DNA of 64,000 nucleotides from Chrysomallon squamiferum (taxonomy: Eukaryota > Animalia > Mollusca), in the NCBI GenBank assembly GCA_012295275.1, contig CM022672.1, forward strand, positions 17,236,001 through 17,300,000, written 5' to 3'. A program made the position numbers and the translations under genes. This document shows, one piece after another, positions 1 to 10,834 of the stretch (its first letter is position 1; each line of letters opens with the position of its first letter). The notes beneath the pieces were generated by a model, which was not told where the DNA came from, made no database searches, and worked only from the letters and a program-made list of their open reading frames with translations.

Positions 1-339
1 ATTAAAAAATAATATGTATTTTTTAATATACATTTTGTTTTTAACAAACAAAACTCAGAATATATAGATACATACACACATGACTGGCATAAATGTCAAG
101 TTTTTGAAGAAAAAACAAATATTTTTCTCTATGCATATCATAATTGTGACAATATAATTTTTCACCTCACATTAAACAGTAGTGCAACTTTGCAGCTGTG
201 CCTTTTTGTCATAAACATTATGGGTCATTGTAAAACAACAGGAAGGCTTCCAATAAGCACCATCTGTTATAATTTACCACTGGTTTTTACTTCAGAGAGG
301 TATATTATTTGTTTTTATTGATAAAGAAATGTGTGTTAG

Positions 340-612
340 CTGTACATGAAAAAGCTAGATGATTACAGCTACATAGCTTTGATAGGAGTTGCAGCTGTTA
401 TTTACAAATATGGAATAAGCATCCCTTACGAAACATTTTCAAATCTGAAATCTTTTTTCAATGCCCTTCAGAGATCAGTAGAATCTGGGAACTTTCTCAT
501 GGCTGTATACATGCACAAACTTTCACCAAAAAAAGTTGTTAAAGAACATTTTATGCAATTTGATTATTTCTTTTACTTGATAAAAAACAAAACTGTTGAC
601 ATTCAGTATTAA
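340..612 (+). other. Unidentified 91-codon open frame after an AG (possible last exon of an upstream convergent gene, or a decayed element)
   Basis: Non-repetitive, protein-like composition; no family recognised. Confidence 0.2.
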
Positions 613-1481
613 TGTTATTAATTATAATGAATCAACACATCTGCAGAAAAATCTGAATTTTGCAACAGTTGTTTTTCCAGTGGGAATGTTCCTAATCATA
701 GATATTATGTAAATATGGTAAAATGTATACTCGAGAGATGTATGTGTATATATAAACTTTATTTTTCTGGCAAATAAAATTTTAAAATGGTTATGGTATT
801 TTTGTTGTAAATTTTCTTTATTTAATTTTCTTTTTTTAATTTAATAATTTTTGTTGTTGTTATTGTTTATTATTATTTTTTGAATGGCTTTTTTAGTATT
901 TTTATTGTTCACTTTAACAATAACACCATCTGTGACAATACCATAAACCTACACAAGTGTAATGGCCAGAAACAAGATTTATTGTAATAAAACATTTTTA
1001 TTTCTGACCTGGTAAGAATAAAATGACTTTGCCATGGTTTAATAATAATTTATTGTGATCTGTTGATAAAGTCTTGATATAAAATATTTTCTGGAGGAAA
1101 AAGCAATTAAGCATTAATTCAAAAACCAAATCCAGTATATCATTATCTAATTATACACATTCATAACTTCACATGATTCAAGCTGCTGTACTCGGTAAAA
1201 TATTTTCTTCAGTATACAAGACTGCATGTATGTTACTTTTCTTTTTAGTTTTCAGTCTACAGCATATATAGACTTGCTGTAATAAGATACAGTATTTCAT
1301 ATTATTTCTTGATAATAAATAAAAATACTATATCATAACAGAAAAAAACAATAGACACTGGTACACAATTAACATACTGACTTAAAAAATATACAGTATA
1401 ATTACAATAGGAAAAATAAATACGAAGAATGTAAAGAGCACAACCAGTAACTGTTTTTAAAAATGGTGCTTTTATAATCTT

Positions 1482-1626
1482 TTATGTTTGATCCACATCT
1501 ATTGTAAGGTCTACTTTGGTCATGTTGGTGGGTACACCCATTCCTCCACCACGTAAACCAGCAAGGAAAACTTGTGGTTTTGGCACATTGCTGTATGAGT
1601 CTTGTTTGGTCTGAGTTTCATTATTT
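1482..1626 (-). CDS. CFAP206: CFAP206 last coding exon
   Basis: NNETQTKQDSYSNVPKPQVFLAGLRGGG...VDLTIDVDQT-stop(TAA). Confidence 0.93.
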
Positions 1627-4600
1627 CTGCAAAGTTAAATAAATTAATAAAAGTTATGGTGTGAGTACACTATACCTAAAACAGTCAAAGTTTCCTAAAA
1701 TATTATTTATTAACAGTTTCTTAATAAAGATATGAAGTGCATTTTAACAAATATAAAATTATGTAATGAAAATATATGAAAATATTTAAAAATAACTACA
1801 CCAGTGTGGCCATCTTTGAAAATGGCTGCCAAGATGAAATTTCCTTTTCCTTTTTAAGTGATCCACAAAGAGTTTATGAATTTAAATGGTTACATTTGTT
1901 ACCTGCTTAACTATAATAAATATTTCTATAAAGTTTCTACTTAAAATCAAGTCTTTCAAAAAGACACTGACCACCTGGAGGACACCTTGCCCAATTACTC
2001 TAAAAACAACAACAACAACAACAACTTACTTGAGTAAATAAACCTGAGAGACATTATCTCTTCTCATGTTACTCAGATTGGTCTGCATTGAATGTGTTAC
2101 TCTTGTTCTCAGATTTGTCTGAAAATAAATGAATGTTTTCCTTTAGTATCAGTTCTTATATTTCTTTTGTTATTGCTGTTGACAGTCAGATGAAGCTTGT
2201 ACCCATAAAAAGTAGGTTCCATGAAACCAGACTCCGTTAAATCTGTAAAGTTGTGTTGAAATTAAATCTTCTTGGTATTAGTTCTCTGTCTTATTCAAGC
2301 AACTTTTAAAAAAGAAGTAAACAACCCTACCAGTTTAATGGCTTTTCTCCTCAGTTCCCATTCATTCCATTCATAAGACTTGACAATGTTGCTCTCCAGA
2401 ATGTGAGTGTCTGTCTGACAACCAGTATCACACTTTGTAACAGGCTTTTCTATCATCTTTCCTGTTTCTCGGCCCTGTTGTTACACAAAATATATAAATT
2501 AAACCAATATTTCCATCTCTCTTTCATTTCCAGAATCAGTCTTATCTCTTATAATACTGATACTGTAAAATAATAATTTTTAATACAAAATTCAAAAGTA
2601 ATTAAATCCCAAACACTATGAAATTTTTGTTTTTAATGACCTTTTGAGGTGAAAGGAAAATATATTGTTATACAGTGATGTTCATGTCATGATTTGAAAA
2701 CACAAACCTGTGAGTATGGAGTTATAGCTGAGAACTGAGTGTGCAGTTCAAGCAGCTGAATCAGCTCAGGACTTTTCTTTGCTCCTTCTGCAGCAAGCTG
2801 GATAAACCTGCATAGAGAAAATGTTGTTCTGATAGAAATGTATAGATATGGGATAATAGTAATTGTATTTATGACACAAAATTGCAGTTGTTTACTTAAG
2901 TGAGTATTTACAAGAACATTAATACAGTATCAATTCAATTATTAAAATAACTTTTATAAAAAAAAAAAAGTACAAGAAAATAATAAAAACAACAAAACAG
3001 TTGAAATTATATCAATATATCAAAATAAATAAATGCCCAATGAACAATAAATATATAAAAAATAATCGTGTGACAAATAACAATAACATAAATCAAGCAT
3101 AGATTAAATACAGAAAATATTTATTTCTTTAAATTATAACTGTCAGACTAATAAAAAACCAACCACATTTTAAAAATCATGCTCCCAAAAACTGTTTATT
3201 TTAAAATGTTAAAGGTAACAGGCCAGTTTTTAAGCAGTTTTACAGACAAAAGAATTGAAATACTGAATACTTAAAATAAAACTTACCTTTCAGGATTCTG
3301 AGCAAATTCATATGCTGCTTCTTTGTTTGAAAAAGCATAATGTTTGTCTCGTAATCTCAAAACACCTATATCTGGATTTGAAGGCAGCAACAGTCGATCA
3401 TATTTACCTAATGACAGTGCACAATAACCCTGTTTTATCAAAAAAAGAAGTAATAATAATTTATTTTTTGTAACTCAGTTTCTATAGCCTATTTGTTTTA
3501 CTAAATATATTTAACAGACTTTGTCTTAATAACATTATAATCCAAATTGATACATTTTATCTAAAATTACAGTACTGAATATGCCTCACAAATTTCATCT
3601 AAACAGCTTCCATATGACATAAATCTAAACATATAGTATAAAGAAATCTTTTAACAGATTTTCAATAAAAAAAAAAAAAATAAAACAGCTTTGAGACTTA
3701 GTTTGAAAAGTGTATTTGTTTTTGTTAATATCTTTAACAGACTGAGCCCTTAATTTTTCCTTTCTAATATTATTTTTTATTTCACTTTTACTAAAATGAA
3801 GTATACATCAACTTTTGTTTTGTAACTGACAGAATGTACTTACTCTATACTGAAGAGGCAATTTGTGGAAATTTTTTGTAGTTTCAGGAAAAAGCCAATT
3901 AAGTTGATCCAAGTGATATAGTTCTGGTGTCACACGGTTTTCATCACCACTTGTCTTGAAAGAATAAACAGAAACCAATTCAGATTATAAAATGATAATA
4001 ATGATGATTACTAATAATTTAATGAAATTTTGTTCTATAAATTCTTATTTTTTTAAACACATTTACTACTAATAATGAATGACAATAAAATTTAAAAAAT
4101 TAATAAAAATATATCTTGTAATCATGTCCTTTGATGTTGTGTAAAGTTAATTTCAACATTTACATGAAACTCATACCTCATTTATTCGTTGTTCATCTGT
4201 TTTAATTTCTTCACCTTCCAAATGTGGAGCAAGAACATCTTCAGTAAACATTTCTTTGTGACCCTGAAGAAAATACATTTTATAAATTATTCAAATACAG
4301 GTAATTAGTCTGAAAAAAGATTATAAAAAGATTGATACCACTTTTTAGTTTTCAGATTCTATTTACTTTAGGATCTAATAAAAACTCTGGGTGAATGTGG
4401 TGACATATTTAATTATGAACAACATTCTGAAACAATATTTTAAAAAGTATGTTCAGTTTGATTTGCTTCAACTTCAAGTCACAATGTTTGAAAACAACAT
4501 CTTGACTGGTGGCAGAAATATATTTCCTGCAATTCTTGACTTTTTGAGCAACCTTTAATAAAGATTTGAAATATATTTATTTACAGAAATACAGAAACCC

Positions 4601-7600
4601 AACAATCATTTAATCCTATAAAACCTTTTACAGGAAGTTCAGTATTATTAAGAGGACATCCAACAATGAAAGTTCACATGATCAGTGAAAAATAAATTAT
4701 TTTGCTCTTAAATTTATTGTGTAATAATACTGGATTATATATTTTTTAAAAGCTCTCTCATACTTACTCTTGTAAATGGTTCTAGACTGGCAAGAATGTT
4801 GCTGAGGACACTGAGCAGAACCATCTCATCTTGAAATCCACTCCACAGTTGTGACAGGTGAATAAACTGAGGCTGAAATGTCAAGGTAAAACATAATTAT
4901 ACACTCGATCACTTGTGAAAATGCTAATATAATAATATTAACATAAATATTGTTAACTAGAAGTCATGAAAGCTGATATACATACATAAACCTGAGCTGT
5001 TGGGACAGCTGTCTTGGACTGGACAGTGGCTTGCAGCTGTTCCAGTCTGGTGGCCAGCTGATTCTCCAGTGATTCAACATTCTGAGCACAGCTGATTACA
5101 TCATTCTGTAAAGACAAAACAATCTTTTTAATAAGTGAAACAGAGAAATAGGATCCATAGCACTTTGGACAGCTGTTATGTCTCCAGCATTATTCCTGGA
5201 AACAAATACTGGAAGACAAATCTAAATATGATGTAAGTGAAAACAAATTGCAATGGAGATATAAAACCTTCATGGCACAAGCACTTGAAAGAACCAAAAA
5301 TCTTTTTCTTCTTACAGTTTTAACAAAAGCTATATATATTTTTGTCTATATTTTAAAATGTTTGGGTTTTTTTAAAATTGTAACTGTTTTTTGTTTTTTT
5401 TTAATGTTTTAATGTATTTTGATCTGCAAATATGAACATATAATAATATATTGTAATACTATTTTATAACAGGAAAAGACTGGTAAATGGCAAAGAAAAT
5501 TTGTACAAACCAAAATAACTCTAAGAAATGCTTCATGTTGTCTTGAATTTATCAAGGCTTCCCTCAACAGCTGAAGTGAAATTCCTTCAACAGGATTTCC
5601 ACGATACATCTTTTCCAAAATTGCTGCAATTAACAATTAAAATAATTGATATAAATATGTACAGAAATTTGATTCAAAATAAGAATAAAATGTTCTTAAT
5701 TATAACTGGAGTCTGTTCATTATCTACATTATTTAATTATTAAGATGGTAAATCCTGCTGATTTTTAGAATCTATTTGTTTATTTTTAGTATGTAAAATT
5801 CAAATGATAGTAATATTTACAATGAAATGCTATTTTAATCATCTCTATCATCCTGCAATTATACATTGCTTGTATTATATTTGTACATGACAGCTGTAAA
5901 TAAATTAATAAACCAGGGAATATTACAAAATACTGCAATGTATTTTAATATAATATTTGGCTTCAATTATTATTTTCCCATAAGACAGGAAATGATACTG
6001 CCATTCCATGATCTGTTCTGATCTATTAACAAAAGAGATGTTTTCTTCACTGCTTTCTATAGATATAAAAACATATACTGTGGTCTTTGATTAAACCAGA
6101 CATGGATGGGAAATACATCAATGTATATACTTACATTAATCAGTAATGGAATATAATCAAACAACATACAGTTAAATAACTCAACACTTACTGGTGTACT
6201 GATATGCACATTTCAGTGTAGCTTGTATTTCAGTGTCCACACTTTGTGTTGTAGCTGGCACAGCTTCATTTAAAATAGCAGGTACTGAAAAACATTATAA
6301 CACATTTAAAAACAACACAACAATATTAAATTGATGATAAACTAAAAATTTTAAATTAAACATTACTGATATGAAAATAAAAATTAATGTATTCATTTTA
6401 TATTGAGAAAAAATACTTTTGGAACTATTGAAATTTACTGAAAAGGTATAAAATTTCTCAAAATCAAAACATTATTTTACAAAACTGTAAAAAATCCAAA
6501 ATCCAAAAAAGAGTATGTCTTTATATTACTAATAAAACTTGTACTTCTGGAAATGATTTTATTTTCTAGAATTAACTTACAGTCATCAATGCCTTCTCCA
6601 CCTTTGCCACATTCCTTGTTGAAGAGTCGTATTCCAGTTACAATCATTGTCAGTTCCAACAGCTGTCTTTCTTTGTCTCGTTTAGTCAGAGACATAAATG
6701 TGCCAAGCTCTGTCTGAGGAAACACACTCTGAAGAGCAGCTGAAATTAAAATATGTCATTTATTATTCTTATTCTTATTATTATTATTCTGTATTAGATC
6801 CAGTACGTAGGTATGCTAGGTATAATCTGGCCTGGAAACCCTCATTATTATGATCCTTATTCTAACAGTTGCTGCAAAAAGTTTTTGTTTTTTTCAAAGA
6901 TCATGCAAATAAATTTACTTACATAAATCTACAATGTTAAATATTTGGTAATCTTAAAAATAAAATCAACTACTTTCCATTATCAATAAAAAAAGAAAGG
7001 TTAATAAAATTTTAACATAATCTTGCAGTAATACATATATCAGTCCTTGATAATGGGAATAACAAAGTTTGCATGCCGAGGATAACTGATCAGGTAATAC
7101 CTGATATCTGAAACAACAGCTGTGACCACTAAGCTGTAGCTAGTTAAGACAATGGCAACATTAATTTCTTTTCTTCTTCTTTTGACAAGTGTTAATTTAC
7201 CTGTAGCTTCTCGGACAACAGCTAGGTCAGTTGGACTACCAAGTCCAGATCGTAACAGGACAGCTGAGACAATTTTTCTGTACAAACTTTCCAGCTCTTC
7301 TCTGGTGCGAGCTCGACCATCAGTGATTTCTCTAATGACTGGCTGAAGACGAGATTCAAGAACTCGTCTGTGTTCCTCCAGAAAATCATCTGTAAAAAAC
7401 AACATGAAAAAAATTTAAAATAAAAAATGAAAGAATTTTTACATTAGAAAACCTATTTCATTTTGTGTTAATTAAGAAGAAATTTATTCAGAACATCTGA
7501 AATATCACTTAGAATATAATCACAAGACTAAAAAAAATGTTCAGTTGTGAGAAAAACTATTTACAAATAATAAATTATATTAATAATTTTAAAGAAATTC

Positions 7601-7617
7601 AGTCTATACCACTGTGT

Positions 7618-7658
<41 letters not shown>

Positions 7659-8497
7659 ATTTACTTACCTCTAGTTGTATAGTTCATATCAAAATAAACT
7701 TGCATCTTGACAGTATCCAAGGCTGGTGAATGTGTATCCATAAGTCGATCAACACAGAGCTAAAATATATATATACATTTAAGAATTTCTTTTGTATACA
7801 CTGTTTTATCAATATTACTGAAAAAAAAAAAAAAAAAAAAATAACAAATGAAGTCTTGTTTATCTGCATGTTTACAAATGACAATAAAAGGAAAATAAAT
7901 CTGGTTGTTTAAATATACTAATATTATGAATTACAAGCATAATTTACCTTGATGAGTTTTTGGACATCTTCTTTTGTTAATGTGCGATCAACATTAAACT
8001 CATTAGATGGGTCCAGTACAACTGCTTTTACCTGCAAAATAAAACAACAATAAACTTAGATTAAACATATCTCTATATCCATGAACAATGGAAATCATTA
8101 TATTATGGAGAAATAACAATTTTATTTAATTAGCCAACTAAAGGATTTAGCTAAGTACAGTTTATTTTGTTAAAGGGCAAAACAACAGAAAATAAATTTA
8201 ACAAATATGATAATTATTCAGTTTCTGACTTGAAAGCATGATGAATCTATATCTAAGTTGCTATTAACATTAAATGAAAATGATTTTATTAGAATTTACA
8301 GCAAGCCAGTGTGAAGTTGTTCAACATATAATATTAACCACTTAATAGTAGTTAGGTGATAACAGATTCTGAATTAAAAAAATATTTACCATAAATGCCA
8401 CCAGTGTTTCTGAAACAGCCTGTCCCTTGCTGACACATTCCTGAGCAATCTCACGAATGATGTTTTTTATCACACTTTCTGCCTGGGCTCTAGACAT
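1482..8497 (-). CDS. CFAP206: Cilia- and flagella-associated protein 206 (whole spliced CDS, 16 coding exons, ~626 aa)
   Basis: complement(join(8390..8497,7948..8031,7669..7759,7201..7389,6581..6739,6192..6284,5511..5623,4986..5105,4768..4872,4177..4263,3844..3954,3287..3429,2708..2807,2331..2474,2030..2118,1482..1626)) = 1881 nt. All introns are GT-AG and phases are consistent. The translation matches recalled CFAP206 motifs (AESVIKNIIREI, DTVKMQVYFDMNY, LLRSGLGSPTD, GIRLFNKECGKGGEGIDD, ELIQLLELH, YEWNEWELRRKAIKL, LAGLRGG). Confidence 0.95.
2030..2118 (-). CDS. CFAP206: CFAP206 coding exon 15
   Basis: TNLRTRVTHSMQTNLSNMRRDNVSQVYLL. Confidence 0.92.
2331..2474 (-). CDS. CFAP206: CFAP206 coding exon 14
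   Basis: ...KPVTKCDTGCQTDTHILESNIVKSYEWNEWELRRKAIKL. Confidence 0.95.
2708..2807 (-). CDS. CFAP206: CFAP206 coding exon 13
   Basis: FIQLAAEGAKKSPELIQLLELHTQFSAITPYSQ. Confidence 0.93.
3287..3429 (-). CDS. CFAP206: CFAP206 coding exon 12
   Basis: GYCALSLGKYDRLLLPSNPDIGVL...AAYEFAQNPE. Confidence 0.92.
3844..3954 (-). CDS. CFAP206: CFAP206 coding exon 11
   Basis: ...LNWLFPETTKNFHKLPLQYR; AAG acceptor. Confidence 0.88.
4177..4263 (-). CDS. CFAP206: CFAP206 coding exon 10
   Basis: GHKEMFTEDVLAPHLEGEEIKTDEQRINE. Confidence 0.88.
4768..4872 (-). CDS. CFAP206: CFAP206 coding exon 9
   Basis: PQFIHLSQLWSGFQDEMVLLSVLSNILASLEPFTR. Confidence 0.92.
4986..5105 (-). CDS. CFAP206: CFAP206 coding exon 8
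   Basis: NDVISCAQNVE...VQSKTAVPTAQVY. Confidence 0.92.
5511..5623 (-). CDS. CFAP206: CFAP206 coding exon 7
   Basis: ILEKMYRG...LLREALINSRQHEAFLRVIL. Confidence 0.92.
6192..6284 (-). CDS. CFAP206: CFAP206 coding exon 6
   Basis: LPAILNEAVPATTQSVDTEIQATLKCAYQYT. Confidence 0.9.
6581..6739 (-). CDS. CFAP206: CFAP206 coding exon 5
   Basis: AALQSVFPQTELGTF...GIRLFNKECGKGGEGIDD. Confidence 0.95.
7201..7389 (-). CDS. CFAP206: CFAP206 coding exon 4
   Basis: DDFLEEHRRVLESRL...LLRSGLGSPTDLAVVREAT (inside ORF 7040..7405). Confidence 0.95.
7619..7657. repeat. (TG)n microsatellite
   Basis: Direct reading. Confidence 0.95.
7669..7759 (-). CDS. CFAP206: CFAP206 coding exon 3
   Basis: LCVDRLMDTHSPALDTVKMQVYFDMNYTTR. 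Confidence 0.93.
7948..8031 (-). CDS. CFAP206: CFAP206 coding exon 2
   Basis: VKAVVLDPSNEFNVDRTLTKEDVQKLIK, AG/GT flanks. Confidence 0.93.
8390..8497 (-). CDS. CFAP206: CFAP206 coding exon 1
   Basis: MSRAQAESVIKNIIREIAQECVSKGQAVSETLVAFM; donor GTAAAT; the exon probably starts at acceptor 8539 (5' UTR part). Confidence 0.93.
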
Positions 8498-8959
8498 GTT
8501 GATATATATTTTTTTTATCTCAGTTGCATACAGGGTGACCTGGAATTTTAGAAAATTGTATAAAAATGTAACAGGCAGAGTGCTAATGAAATTAACATTA
8601 TTATTTAATTATATTAATTTCTAATAGTTTTAGATTTTCTATATGTTGTCATATGTCAAATGAAAGAGGTTAAACCCAATGCAAATCAGAGTGAGATAGA
8701 TATATTCAGATATAAACTAGATTAAAACAAAAGAAAAGAAAAGAAAGAATCGGATTTGCTAATATCATAATTTGTAATGGCTGTTATTAAAAGTTAAAGT
8801 TATATTTCGAAAAACATTTCTGCTATTTATATACATTTTATGATAAAACGATGAAAATTGTAAATTATCATTATTCAGTTACTGTCTTGACAGATGGCTG
8901 AGATGCTCAGTTTCAAAATAAGAGCATATCTTTTTCTTCTGTTATATTTGTTTTCTTAC

Positions 8960-9320
8960 CTTGAAAACAATAACGGCTACATAAGCGTTACAGGTACTCG
9001 TAATTTAGATCCTAACAGTGATAGCCAACCATGTTGCTTGTATCGCCATGGTAATATCATGCGCACGCACATAACGGAACGGGAATTATAGTGCAGACAG
9101 GAAATGATCACGTGACTTTTGGTTTACTTGCAGGATGTACGAGTTAGTGTAAATAGAAAATCATAATAAATCAGGAAAGTAAATGAACTTCCAAAATTAG
9201 TAGAAATGACTGTCTGGCGAAAAAGCGACAACAGAAACAAAGTGGGAGTTGGTAAGTTAAAGTATATAATCTTAAACTTAAAGTAAAAAGTCAAATGCAG
9301 GGCAGTACCCGGAAGTGCTC
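8960..9320. promoter_or_regulatory. Bidirectional promoter between CFAP206 and DOCK
   Basis: Local CpG-rich island. Minus-strand donor AAG|GTAAGA at 8960 (CFAP206 non-coding exon); DOCK ATG at 9206. X-box-like ATCGCCATGGTAAT 9042-9055; ETS-like CAGGAAAT 9098-9105 and CCGGAAGTG 9309-9317; E-box TCACGTGA 9108-9115. Confidence 0.7.
9206..9251 (+). CDS. DOCK1: DOCK exon 1
   Basis: [15 protein letters not shown], donor G|GTAAGT. Confidence 0.88.
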
Positions 9321-10800
9321 TGCTCATCAGTCACTGATTAGTCACTGCCTGGTCTAGTATTGACATTTACTCGTTATAATTTATCGTTGCGATAAAAGTT
9401 ACTCGTTTGTCAACAGAACACTCTTGTTAATAAACTTAACGTTAGGAAATGATATGTTAATTTCTGCGGAAACAAGTTATGTACACTTTTTAAAGTGCTG
9501 TTTAATGAGGTACTTGAAATTGTATTCCAAAGCCCATAAATTGAAGGGATAATTTATTAATTATTTATAATTAAATCATTTGAATTATCCTCACAATTAA
9601 TAACTTAGAAACTTAGAAAGCACAACATTTGGGCAGTTTAAGAAATAAGGATATGAATATTAAGAATATTAATACATACAGAACTGATAATAATAGCACT
9701 GATAATAATAGGTACTTTTAATATAGTTGATGTAAAATGTTCAAAATTACAAAAGTTACAAAATAATAAGTTAATTGAGCAAAACAACAAATCCATTTCA
9801 AAAATCTTCCAAACATAAACACGTATGAAACAACAACAATAATAATAAAATGCTGTAAAACACAAGAAATATCTGAATCTGTATTATTATATTTATAGTA
9901 ATACAGATTCTGTACTAGTATTAAATATAATGGGTTTTGTGTTTTTTTAGCATTTAAAAAAAAAAACACATTATGTTTTTAATTTTCAGGAATAAAAATA
10001 AAATAGAATTCAGTGGCAATACTTTCACTAAAAAAATTATGTATTTTTTCTTTTACATGCATCACAATCAAATTATCCATTAGATATATGTAATTGTTTT
10101 TATTTATTTTTAGCTATATACAACTATAGAGAAAATGGCCCATATCGACTCAGTCTGGATATTGGTGATACTGTTGTTATCCTTGAAGAGACAGATGGTT
10201 TGTTTTTAAACTTTCTTATATATATTTTATATAGTTGTTCAGTTAAACTTGAATAGGAAACATTGTATAAAAAGGTTGTTAGAATTAGAAAAAGCGTGTA
10301 TTTTCAATGCACTATCTGAACAGATGTGGCAAAAAAAAAAATCTCTGAATCTTTTTGAAGGATTCATTTCATTTTTTAAAAGTGGATTATGTTCTTTTTT
10401 TTTCTTTTTCACATCACATTAAAAGGTTATTAAAGTATATAGTAAATGGCAGATTAATTTAATGTTATTTGACATACAGTGTTTTTGCAAAAAATAATCC
10501 AGAAAATTTGCTAATGTATATTTTAATCTGAAGTTTATTTTTGATGCAGAATGGTACCGTGGATACATTTCTCGAGACAAAACAAAAAATGGAATTTTTC
10601 CAAAATCATACATTCAAACAAAGGAGACACTGGTGGAGCTTAGTGGGTATGTGTTTTGTTTGTTTATTACCAGAGACAGCAGTTTCAGATAGTTTAATCT
10701 TTTTATTTGAACAATGTATCCAATATTTAAATAGATATATTGATGATAGTTCTTTGATTTGAGAAATTCATTTAGAAATAAAACTTAAAAAATACCAATA

Positions 10801-10834
<34 letters not shown>

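Noticed and set aside
1807-1836. GGCCATCTTTGAAAATGGCTGCCAAGATG motif cluster (YY1-like or repeat remnant)
   Set aside because: Too short to assign to an element; no termini or target-site duplication visible.
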